From the NCBI RefSeq assembly GCF_001194135.2, contig NC_068985.1, positions 12,966,863 to 12,999,517 of the forward strand: a DNA stretch of 32,655 bases, in the 5' to 3' direction. Source of the DNA: Octopus bimaculoides (Eukaryota). Numbering within the stretch: position 1 is the stretch's first letter; every line of letters begins with the position of its first letter. The notes beneath the pieces were generated by a model. The model was given only the letters and a program-made list of their open reading frames with translations, was not told the origin of the DNA and made no database searches. A program made the position numbers and the translations under genes. Below, piece after piece: positions 23,031 to 32,655 of the stretch.

Positions 23031-23459
23031 GATGTGAGAATTCGTTACTCTCTTTTAATTGAAATATATTTAAGTTTCCTTTTAATTGTTAGGAAAGGGA
23101 CACTAGAAACACTTAAGAAGTCTATAAGTGAATATAGCAAAACAACAATATAGTAAAACTCAACTCTTCATATTGGTAAATGTAATTCATTAATTCCCAC
23201 CACTGAATCTATTTTCTAATTCACTCATGTGAAGATTCATGAACATTTTCCCTTGACAGTGTCATCTCCTTTCCAATTATCCTTATCATCGTTTTTTTAA
23301 TGTATCATGGATTATTTTACTGATTACAGAATAAACTATACCAGAGACTTTGTTCAATTTATGTTCATATTGTCAGTTTACTTTATTATATTTGTATTAT
23401 ATCTATATGATGTCGGTTTTTCAGCTCGTTCCAAATAATACTTATTAACCAATATAAAA

Positions 23460-23527
23460 CTACTACTACTGCTCCCACTACTGCCCCTCCTCCTCCTCCT
23501 CCTCCTCCTCCTCCTCCTCCTCCTACT
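23460..23527. repeat. (TAC)n/(TCC)n microsatellite
   Basis: Direct sequence. Confidence 0.92.
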
Positions 23528-23632
23528 NNNNNNNNNNNNNNNNNNNNNNNNNNNNNNNNNNNNNNNNNNNNNNNNNNNNNNNNNNNNNNNNNNNNNNNNN
23601 NNNNNNNNNNNNNNNNNNNNNNNNNNNNNNNN

Positions 23633-23790
23633 AAATTCCGCCGAGGTCGACTTCGCCTTTCATCCTTTCGGGGTCGATAAATTAAGTACCAGTTACGCAC
23701 TGGTGTCGATGTAATCGACTTAATCCGTTTGTCTGTCCTTGTTTGTCCCCTCTGTGTTTAGCCCCTTGTGGGCAATAAAGAAATAAGAAA
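23633..23790 (+). mobile_element. SINE family A with alternative tail; head lost in the gap
   Basis: Same core; tail ttaatccgtttgtctgtccttgtttgtcccctctgtgtttagccccttgtgggcaataaagaaataag. Confidence 0.9.
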
Positions 23791-24007
23791 CGTTAGCACG
23801 CCGGGCGAAATGCCTAGCGGTATTTCGTCTGCCGTTACGTTCTGAGTTCAAATTCCACCAAGGTCGACTTTGCCTTTCATCCTTTCGGAGATCGATTAAA
23901 TAAGTACCAGTAACGCACTGGGGTCGATATAATCGACTTAATCCGTTTGTCTGCCATTGTTTGTCCCCTCTGTGTGTAGCCCCTTGTGGGCAGTAAAAGA
24001 AATAAGA
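23791..24007 (+). mobile_element. SINE family A with alternative tail, tandem copy starting at cgttag
   Basis: Direct repeat of the preceding copy, with the tRNA head retained from cgttagcacgccgggc. Confidence 0.92.
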
Positions 24008-24351
24008 TATATACACAGGTATACAAACACAAATAAACATACAGATGCATGCGCAGACACCCGTAAATACAAACGCGCTTTTTCGGTTACCTCTCATTTT
24101 TTGGTATCAATTGTATTCCCTGAATTTCTTTATCTGTTAACAACCCTATACTTCAATAATCCGACAACAAATCTTACAATAACATGCTTCAACCATGTTT
24201 AATCAGCGTCAGTAATTCTATCTCTGTTTGAACAAACACACAGTCGCATTGACAGTGTTTTAGGCGATTTAATAAAATAAAGTACAGACCCCTAACATAG
24301 AAGAAGCAGTTGAACAAAATATAAACATTACCCGGACAAGACATATCTATA

Positions 24352-24501
24352 GAATTAAGAAACGAGCTTTGCAACCACTTGGTTTTGGATTCAGTACCAC
24401 TGCGCGCAATTTTGGGCAAATGTGGGACTTCTTTTATGACCACTGGCTGAGCAATGCCTTCTCAATGAATTTGGTTGACAGGTACTGTGTACAAGCGCAA
24501 A

Positions 24502-24505
<4 letters not shown>
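24352..24505 (+). mobile_element. Degenerate SINE family B, 5' half
   Basis: Similar to 13223-13384 (caaccacttggttttggattcagtaccactgcg...ttgggcaa). Confidence 0.7.
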
Positions 24506-24535
<30 letters not shown>

Positions 24536-24660
24536 CATATATAGATATATATATAGTAAAAAGTGAAAAAGTCAAAAGGAAAAGTACGGTTAGACAACAA
24601 TTTATTTAATCACTACAAATGTGTCGATACATACAGATCCTCGTATATACGGCTGTATAT

Positions 24661-24862
24661 GTGGAGAGCTGGGAGAGTCGTTAGCACGCTGGATGAAATA
24701 CTTAGCGGTTCTTAGCGGTCTGAGTTCGAATTCTACCGCGGTCGACTTTGCCTTTCATATTTTTGGGGTCGATAAAATAAGTACAAGTTGTACATGTCCG
24801 TGTAATCAACTTATCCCCACCTCCCCAAACTGCCCTTGTGGCAAAAAATTGAAATAATAATA
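24661..24862 (+). mobile_element. SINE family A with small internal deletion and TAA tail
   Basis: gagctgggagagtcgttagcacgc...gtcgactttgcctttcat...ggggtcgataaaataagtac. Confidence 0.85.
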
Positions 24863-24878
24863 ATTATTATTATTATTA

Positions 24879-25169
24879 CTTTCTCTTCATCACAGGTTTT
24901 GCTGGAGCTCCTGGAGTCTTGCATGCGTAGCGGGCATACCACCTGCAGCTTATGGTACCATGCTATTCGTTTTTTTTTTTCAGCTATCTAATCTGGCCGT
25001 GCGAAGGAGGCAAACCTTTTGTAACAGTTCTACTGGGAACTTTATTCCAATTTCCTTTATATTCTTCTTGATGCCTTCTGATTCTGTTCCTAAGGACCCA
25101 ACAATAATTGGCACTATCTTCACCTTCTTCATTTTCCGTAGCCGGGCTATTTTGTACTTAAGAGGGCTG
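24879..25169 (-). mobile_element. Dong/R4-clade LINE, extreme 3' end of another family, ending in (TAA)n
   Basis: IARLRKMKKVKIVPIIVGSLGT...IGIKFPVELLQKVCLLRTARL, then 3' UTR and TAA repeats at 24864-24878. Confidence 0.85.
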
Positions 25170-25194
25170 TATCTATCTATCTATCTATCTTTAT

Positions 25195-25269
<75 letters not shown>

Positions 25270-25305
25270 AACATTTATGTGTATATATGAATATATATAT
25301 ATGAA
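25170..25305. repeat. (TATC)/(CA)n/(TA)n compound microsatellite
   Basis: Direct sequence. Confidence 0.95.
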
Positions 25306-25902
25306 TGTGTGTGGGGGGAGTTGCTACTTAGATAATTTAGCAGTTAATTATAGATTTACATATAGAATTAATTTTGTATATAGGATAATGTGGTTTCTTT
25401 GATGTAGTCTAATTAATAATGATGAAGTACCAGGTTCAGTTTGGTTGGTTGTAAGGAAGAGACATAGAGAGAGACTGGGGATCGTCATTCAAATAGACTC
25501 GAGGTTAACGTTAATGGTGAAATGAGTTTTTATATGATTCACCATTATACATGCATAGATTCTTACATACTTAGACACACGAAGACTATACTCATGATCT
25601 GAGCCTACTCTTCTACCTCTTCTATTCTCTATTATGGCTGGAGTCAAAGATATTCCCTTCGCAAATATGAGGCTCTGATTTCGATCTAACTTTATAACAT
25701 CTGTGAAATTAGAAAGATAGTATTTGCATATAGGCCAGTTGCTCCGACAGTAACTGTTCTTCACATGAGCGGCCTCTGGTTACTCGCTCTGTCACACTGA
25801 ATTTTGCCTGGGGATTCCATTAACCTCATTAAGATTACCACTGTCAACGTTATAGCCCATCACTTATGCCATACTTCAACAAATAGCCATTTTACTTCAC
25901 AG

Positions 25903-26030
25903 CTAGAATACTCATCGTCGTAATTGACGGAGGGTTCCTTGTAATTTACTTTAGTAACACTTTGACTATAAAATGGATTGGAAATAGTTTTGATGTATTT
26001 GACAAGACTGTCTACTTTAACAATTACAAA
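25903..26030 (+). CDS. Candidate internal exon (xRILIVVIDGGFLVIYFSNTLTIKWIGNSFDVFDKTVYFNNYK), phase 1-0
   Basis: Acceptor ttttacttcacAG, donor AAA|GTAAGT; only one frame is open over 128 nt; encodes a hydrophobic helix. Confidence 0.6.
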
Positions 26031-26246
26031 GTAAGTACTTTTAAATTATAAAATTAACAATGAAATACTTAAAAATCGCAATAAAAATACATAAGTCTTT
26101 CAATCCAAATTCAATTGGATAATCATTCAGTTTCCGCTTAATTTTAGTTCTGCCACTTTCTACTTTATAATAATTTCTGAAAAAAATTATTTACTTCCGT
26201 TCAACACTATATAAAATATACGATATTTGAGAGAGATGCTTTACAG

Positions 26247-26325
26247 ATGTCATTCATACCTGTCACTGTTTTTGCATTTCGATTAATTCAGAGCATTTCT
26301 TTGTACGTCCATATTACGCAAATAG
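26247..26325 (+). CDS. Candidate next exon (MSFIPVTVFAFRLIQSISLYVHITQI), phase 0-1
   Basis: Acceptor gctttacAG, donor TAG|GTACGT; phase-compatible with 25903-26030 across a 216-bp GT-AG intron. Confidence 0.52.
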
Positions 26326-26421
26326 GTACGTTAGCTTGTAGGATTCAACACCTTACTCTCCTATACACACACACATGCACACATTCACACACACACACAC
26401 AGATATATATATGCATATACG

Positions 26422-26475
<54 letters not shown>

Positions 26476-26838
26476 TACATATGCAGACGTGGACGCCTAC
26501 CTAGGCTAATTGCATGTGTTTACAGACATGAATGTGCGTTTGACTGTGTGTGTGTGCGAGAGAGAGAGAGAGAGAGAGAGAGAGTCTTATGCAGTTCAAA
26601 CTACTACAATCCTATGCGAAGTATCTGACGAAGGCAGAACTCTTTACTTTTAGATGTTTGACTACTGTCATGTGTTTTGAACGTGTTTGTACATTACTTA
26701 TAAACACGCATATATGCATATATGTGTATGCATGTGTGTGCATGTTTGTGTGTAAATATATATGTACGTATATATACATAGAGATGATATATACACATAT
26801 ATGCATACGGTATATGTATACATACACAGACACACACA

Positions 26839-26876
<38 letters not shown>

Positions 26877-27384
26877 TATATATATATATATANNNNNNNN
26901 NNNNNNNNNNNNNNNNNNNNNNNNNNNNNNNNNNNNNNNNNNNNNNNNNNNNNNNNNNNNNNNNNNNNNNNNNNNNNNNNNNNNNNNNNNNNNNNNNNNN
27001 NNNNNNNNNNNNNNNNNNNNNNNNNNNNNNNNNNNNNNNNNNNNNNNNNNNNNNNNNNNNNNNNNNNNNNNNNNNNNNNNNNNNNNNNNNNNNNNNNNNN
27101 NNNNNNNNNNNNNNNNNNNNNNNNNNNNNNNNNNNNNNNNNNNNNNNNNNNNNNNNNNNNNNNNNNNNNNNNNNNNNNNNNNNNNNNNNNNNNNNNNNNN
27201 NNNNNNNNNNNNNNNNNNNNNNNNNNNNNNNNNNNNNNNNNNNNNNNNNNNNNNNNNNNNNNNNNNNNNNNNNNNNNNNNNNNNNNNNNNNNNNNNNNNN
27301 NNNNNNNNNNNNNNNNNNNNNNNNNNNNNNNNNNNNNNNNNNNNNNNNNNNNNNNNNNNNNNNNNNNNNNNNNNNNNNNNNNNN

Positions 27385-27385
<1 letters not shown>

Positions 27386-27446
<61 letters not shown>
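27386..27446. repeat. (TTA)n, i.e. the (TAA)n tail of the minus-strand SINE
   Basis: Direct sequence; runs into a gap. Confidence 0.97.
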
Positions 27447-27450
<4 letters not shown>

Positions 27451-27521
27451 ACACTGCTTGGAATCGAACTCGGAATCTTGGGGTTAGTAGCCCGCGCTCT
27501 TAACCACTACGCCATATGCCC
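27445..27521 (-). mobile_element. Short (~77 nt) tRNA-derived SINE-like element with (TAA)n tail
   Basis: GGGCATATGGCGTAGTGGTTAAGAGCGCGGGCTACTAACCCCAAGATTCCGAGTTCGATTCCAAGCAGTGTCCTGAA: A and B boxes and partial acceptor/D stems, but broken T and anticodon stems. Confidence 0.8.
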
Positions 27522-27523
27522 GT

Positions 27524-27694
27524 GGGCATATGAGAACACAGGTTCGAAATTTCCCCAAGACACCTGATGAAGGCTGGAGGGTATATCAGCCGAGACGTAG
27601 TGTTAACAACAAACAAGATGAAGACAAATATCCGTCAAATGTAAATAATGTAAATAATGTACATAATCCCTCATCTCTTAAATATAGGACTGTA
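27524..27694 (+). mobile_element. Penelope-like element terminal-repeat fragment
   Basis: Carries the CTGATGA-stem-GARACGT motif characteristic of PLE pseudo-LTRs, followed by gtaaataat repeats. No RT or GIY-YIG coding part is present. Confidence 0.6.
27559..27604 (+). ncRNA. Minimal type I hammerhead ribozyme motif with one core substitution (GAAA to GAGA)
   Basis: Stem I GACAC/GTGTT; core CTGATGA 27564-70 plus an extra A; stem II GGCTG/CAGCC with a 10-nt loop; GAGA; palindromic ACGT stem III; GTA cleavage triplet 27597-99. Confidence 0.78.
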
Positions 27695-28718
27695 CGGTTA
27701 AAATTGTTTAAATTTTATATTTGATGTATTAGATGGGTGTTACAGGATGAAAGATTTAATGGAGTATAGGTATTGTTTATAACTTAGTATTGTGACATCT
27801 TCTACTGATTATTTGCTAACAAGTTTGATAGATAGAAGGAATCCGTCTCTAAGCCTTATTACGAATTTCTGATTTCTTATTTAACATTTTGAATGTATTG
27901 TTGATACATATTACAATAACTTTTTATCTGCGATTCTTGAGAAAAATGCATCCAAGTATTTTTCTAATCTCAAGCAACAATCCTATGTTCCCAAATAATA
28001 AATGCCATTCCTATCTTATTAATGAACCTTGACGGACACTCTTCAATAGGAGAAAACATAAAATAATGAACTTGCAAATAAAGACAAAGTGTCTTTCTTT
28101 AATAAGAAGAAACACATATAGGCTACAGAGCCATGCACATGAAATTAAGTATTCATGTGTCAACTGAACGACAACGAAAGAAACACACTATTGCGCTATT
28201 CGTGAAAGAAAAACACTCGATTGTATCAATACATGCAAGTAGAATTTTCAAGTGTTACGAACAGGTTTGGAGTGGTTTATAATTATATCAATTTACAAAA
28301 TTCTTAGGGAACCTTTCTATCTTTTCTTCTGTAAGCTCATCAAAACGTCGTCAATAATCATAATATTGAAGCCGCTAACACAGATGGAGGAGTCGATACT
28401 TGAGTAGAAATTAATCATCTCAGTTTAATCCATAATGCTAAACAGGCAAAATCATTTTAACAGTAACCGCTGAAAACATGGATACAGCAACACCAGTTTA
28501 ATGTGTACTACTTATGCCAACAATATCTTAAGCTGTTACTTTGGATCCAAATCTCGAAATTTAATACAGCTCTGGTTGCGGTAGTGTAGATCCAATTACC
28601 ATTCCAATATTGGTTCTTTTACCGGCATCGATCCAATTTTATGGAAGCAAATTTAGAAAGATCTACGAAGAGCCTCGTCCAAAACCTTTTACGAACTAAA
28701 CTAACATGAGAATCTAAT

Positions 28719-28917
28719 ATGGCGGGGCGCTGGCAGAAACGCAGGGCGAAATGCTTAGCGGTATTTCGTCTATTTTTACGTTGTGTCGCCGATGCCGACT
28801 TTGCCTTTCATCTTTTCAGGGTCAATAAATTAAGTACCAGTTGCATATTGGGTCGATCTAATCGACTGGCCCCCTCCCCCAAAATTTCGGGCCGTTGTGC
28901 CTAGAGTAGAAAAGAAT
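28719..28917 (+). mobile_element. SINE family A with a 13-bp target-site duplication
   Basis: ATGAGAATCTAAT at 28706-28718 and 28918-28930; B-box region deleted. Confidence 0.92.
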
Positions 28918-31422
28918 ATGAGAATCTAATGCCACATTGCATAGTCTGTTGGGTAAATATGAAGTAAAACCAAGAGCGGGACTTACTAATATAGTACACA
29001 CGTGACCCACAAAAATACTTTATTGAAGTTTGAACGATGATTAGAGAACTTAATTGTTAGTGGAGTTGTTCCTACGAAAGTTTCTGTAAAACTACAAGAA
29101 TCTTAAAAAATTTAAAGCTTTCATCAATATTACTTATAGCAGCCACAGGACACACAAAAGCAAATTCAGAAACATAGATGACATTCCCTCTTAAATGAAC
29201 TTTAATTATTACAAAATGTCTTTGTAGTAAAGACTTTCAATCTACTTTAAAGAGAATCATCTAAACAACAAATCAGTGTTTTTTTTTATGAAAACGCAAT
29301 TGGTTTTTGCGAATTTACATTTTGAATCAAAAAGGTTTTTTTTTTTTCTGAGCCATAGGCAAAAGCACCAAAGTAATGAATGGATCACAGAGATAAGCAC
29401 ACAAATATTTCACATGAATACTACATCACACCAAGAAATACTGATGTACATGAACACCAAACAACTCAAAACATATACAAACGTTAAAAAAAAAAAAACT
29501 TCTCCGATGGAATACGATATTTTCGAGACTTACGCGTGGACAGGTATTTCAAGTTGTGTGGTTTTGTGTGTGTCCCTTTGTATGTGAGTGTGTGTGTGTG
29601 TGTGTGTGTGCATGTGTGTATGAGAGAGAGACATAAAGAGAGCGAGAGCGGGTTTATGTGTGTGTGGTTTGTGAGTCTGTAATGCATGCTCATTTACTTA
29701 CCAAATGTCTTTGTTACAAAATTCTCTAACTGGAGATCGATTCTCCTAAGCACAGATTATACAAGAGGATGATAATTTTGTTTATAAACTTCATCACACG
29801 GGGGCGTTTTACGGTTACAAAATCATGACGATATTTCCTATATTATATGAATTGTATATGCTATAAAAGAATTGAATAATTAAAGAAAATTATCTGACTA
29901 TAAAATTAAACAGTCGCATTCCAAGTAACTTATTAATTCTTTTCAAGTTGATAGTTGTATGTTTTATTCATATCGCAAGCGCTAAACGGTTTTCCTTATA
30001 TCGTTAAATGAAATTATAATTTTATTGCGAAGTTGGGAATTTCTCGTAAAAGGCAACTCGGAATTTAAAGTGTTTCTTTAAAGTATTTAAGATTTAAATA
30101 ACTCGCTGATGGCGTAATTAATTGGTAGGAATTAAAAAATGTGATAGAAATAGACAGCACATAACGCATCTCAGTATATGCAGGAATATATTGACTTTTA
30201 AGTAACATTTTTACAAAATTTTAGCGATTTTGTTATTAGTTCAATAGCAGTGGCCTCTTTCTAATCAAAATGTCATTAAAAATGCCACACGCATTTTTCT
30301 GAGGTTTTTATATTTCTGCTACGCAAACACAAATTTCTTTCCATTTTTAATTTCTTGGCATACGTTATTCAAATATATCACCAGCTGTCAAACAGAAAAT
30401 CATAGAGGACTTAAATATTTTCAAAAAAGCATACCCGCAGATCAAAGTTGATATTCATTATAATATAATATTAACATATCAGACTGTTATAGTGTGACAC
30501 TGGTTTCAGTCGACAAAAGGCCAACTGCGCTATATGAGTGGCAAAACATCTCGCATTCAGTTGCTCACTTCTATGTATGAATCGTGGACAAACATATGGC
30601 ATTCTTACATAGCACATTATATATATATATAGCATTCTTATATAGCACATTATACACGTACATAGCTTTCTTTCAGCATACGTGCATAGCATTCGTTCAA
30701 CAAGGATAACAATATGGTGTATACATGGATAACAATAAGGTTCCTTGTTTGAGTAAATTCTTATTCAACAGTTATTTACTGATGAAATCTGGAATGTGAT
30801 CTGAGAAATTTACCACTCTTTCAAAATTATTCAGCAATTTCAGAGCAGCTTCTTCACAAATAAAGGGCAAATGCGTGGCGCGTGTTATTATATCGTGTGG
30901 TAACCGTTTCAAAATGCAAAACTGGTGTCAACACTTCAGATTTTGTCCATTCTGAATTCAGATCCCATCAAGGTAACCTTTGTTTTGAGAAAAGATAGAA
31001 GAGAGAGAAAAACACGTCCAGTCTTTTGAACGTCCGTTCAGGAAAAGAAAGAAGGTGACGTGACGAAAAGAAAGATGGCCGATGGTCAAGTGTGAGCAAC
31101 GTGAGAGACAAAAAAGACAGAGTGGGAGATAGAGACAAATAGAAAACGGTGAAAGAGGGTGGGGGAGAAAAAGAAAATAGAGAATGCTGGAGGAAGAAAA
31201 CAGTATAGAGTAGAGTCACATGAAAAAGGCGAAGATAAGCTTACGTGGAAATGGATGCCTAGCGTTCAATTAAGTAATAATATATATATACGGAGCGAAT
31301 AATTAACGAAAATAATAATTTGCAAAGATACCATTGACTCTGTAACAATTTAAAAATGGTAACAGAATCAATAATATAGGCGATTAATGGCTGAAGGATT
31401 AAAATTTTAGTGTGCCCTTTGA

Positions 31423-31427
<5 letters not shown>

Positions 31428-31508
<81 letters not shown>

Positions 31509-31570
31509 TATACACATATAGATGTATGTATGTATATATCTATCTATCTATCTATCTATCTATCTCTATC
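31428..31570. repeat. (TA)n(TG)n...(TATC)n compound microsatellite
   Basis: Direct sequence. Confidence 0.95.
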
Positions 31571-32655
31571 ATGGCCGGACGGTAGACACATCGGCTCCGT
31601 AAGTTTTGCCTTTTTTGCTTCTAAAAAGTTTGTTTCTCAGTAATATTTTATATACAAAAGCTGTGCAACAACTGACGTATTCAGTTGTGCAACTTGTTTG
31701 CACGGGAAATCTGCCCTGTGTGGCGAATTCCCCATTTTTGTTAAATTTATTTTCGGCTTTCTTAGCCATTTTATTTTGAGAATGGCGATTCCAAGCCATG
31801 TGACGAACGCCGGTCTGTTTGGCCACTCGTACGCAATAACCTTTCCTACCCTGCCTTCCCCACAACTTCACGAAGGAGGGAACAAAGGAAGTAGCACACA
31901 AACAGGTGCCAGTGTTAGCATGAATGCTAACACCGCCACTACCATCACCACCAACAACAACAACACCGTCTCAAAGGCTATGACCTCAAAGACAAACAAC
32001 AACACCACCACAACTTCGCCGTCAACTGCTACAAAGATTTGTAAACTGGTGGAATAAATATGCCACAATCCAAGTTCGCTTCGACAGCGAAGCAAAAGCC
32101 AAAGAGCTGTCGACACTCACACTACAGTCGGACAAACTAATACTAATTCCGACCTACCTTGGGCAACGTGTAACCAAAGTTTCAATAAGGAATATCCCTC
32201 CTGCAAATGCCTCAAAGACCTGCTCAGACGCTTTCAACTGTCTGACAGGTACCGACTCGACCATCCGAATGCGACAATGTGGACATGGACAAACCGCATC
32301 GGGTCCTCGAGATCATATCTAGATAGAGTACTGTGTAGGACAGTAGATAGAGATAGCATAGGGTGTCCACAATTTCACATAGTCAGCTACACGGATCACA
32401 AACTTGTGACGTGTACGCTAGACTTAGATAAGACACATAGGCAGGGCCCCGGTTACTGGAAACTAAACGCGTCTTACCCGTCGAGACAAGTTTTCAGAGA
32501 CCGGATTAGCACGTTAGTAAAGAGGGCTTTGACTGGAGCCATCATCAATAACAAATGGTGGTTTGCCCTCAAGAGAGCAATAAAAGCAGAAGCGGTTAGG
32601 TATAGCAAAGCACTAGTCATAGACAGAAACAGAGTAGAGAGTGAACTAGTTAAGA
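31571..32655 (+). mobile_element. L1/Tx1-like LINE 5' region, internally deleted: putative 5' UTR, ORF1 pieces and ORF2 APE endonuclease; runs off the window
   Basis: ORF1-like MAIPSH...(T/N-rich)...KYATIQVRFDSE...LILIPTYLGQRVTKVSIRNIPP, joined out of frame to the ORF2 piece at 32205. Confidence 0.88.
32205..32655 (+). pseudogene. LINE ORF2 fragment, C-terminal half of the apurinic-like endonuclease; 150 codons without a stop
   Basis: WTWTN...SRSYLDRVL...YTDHKLV...GPGYWKLNAS match the APE motifs (SRLD, SDH) and the L1/Tx1 G.GYWKLN linker. Confidence 0.92.

Noticed and set aside
23074-23106. 3' terminus of the 21405-23030 Helitron (tttcct/aggaaa hairpin then CTAG)
   Set aside because: The hairpin is AT-rich and the CTAG is followed by A rather than T; too weak to call.
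27445-27521. Functional tRNA gene
   Set aside because: The T stem does not pair, the anticodon stem is only about 3 bp, and it ends in (TAA)n; this fits a SINE.
7184-30790. Other CTGATGA occurrences (about 7184, 12436, 30778 and the minus strand near 21065) as hammerheads
   Set aside because: None has a stem II followed by GAAA and a closable stem I/III.
31572-31600. HDV-like ribozyme at the LINE 5' end (GGCCGG...TCGGCT)
   Set aside because: A P1-like hairpin is possible, but I could not build P3/L3, P1.1 or P4.

Overview
AT-rich, microsatellite-dense eukaryotic DNA from a gapped assembly (five N-runs). The SINE complement looks like an Octopus-type cephalopod genome (recognised from memory, not by search). 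Most of the window is transposon debris: four different mariner relics (one full-length with TIRs and TA sites), two Helitrons, a Helentron-type HINE, four Dong/R4-clade LINE fragments associated with (TAA)n, L1/Tx1-like LINE pieces next to (TATC)n, many tRNA-derived SINEs, and a Penelope-type terminal repeat carrying a minimal hammerhead ribozyme motif. Host coding signal is limited to small candidate exons: a frame-compatible chain of four minus-strand exons (335-3438), a frame-compatible plus-strand pair encoding a hydrophobic peptide (25903-26325), and two isolated candidates. I could not name any host gene. No prokaryotic features, rRNA, intact tRNA or CRISPR array were seen.
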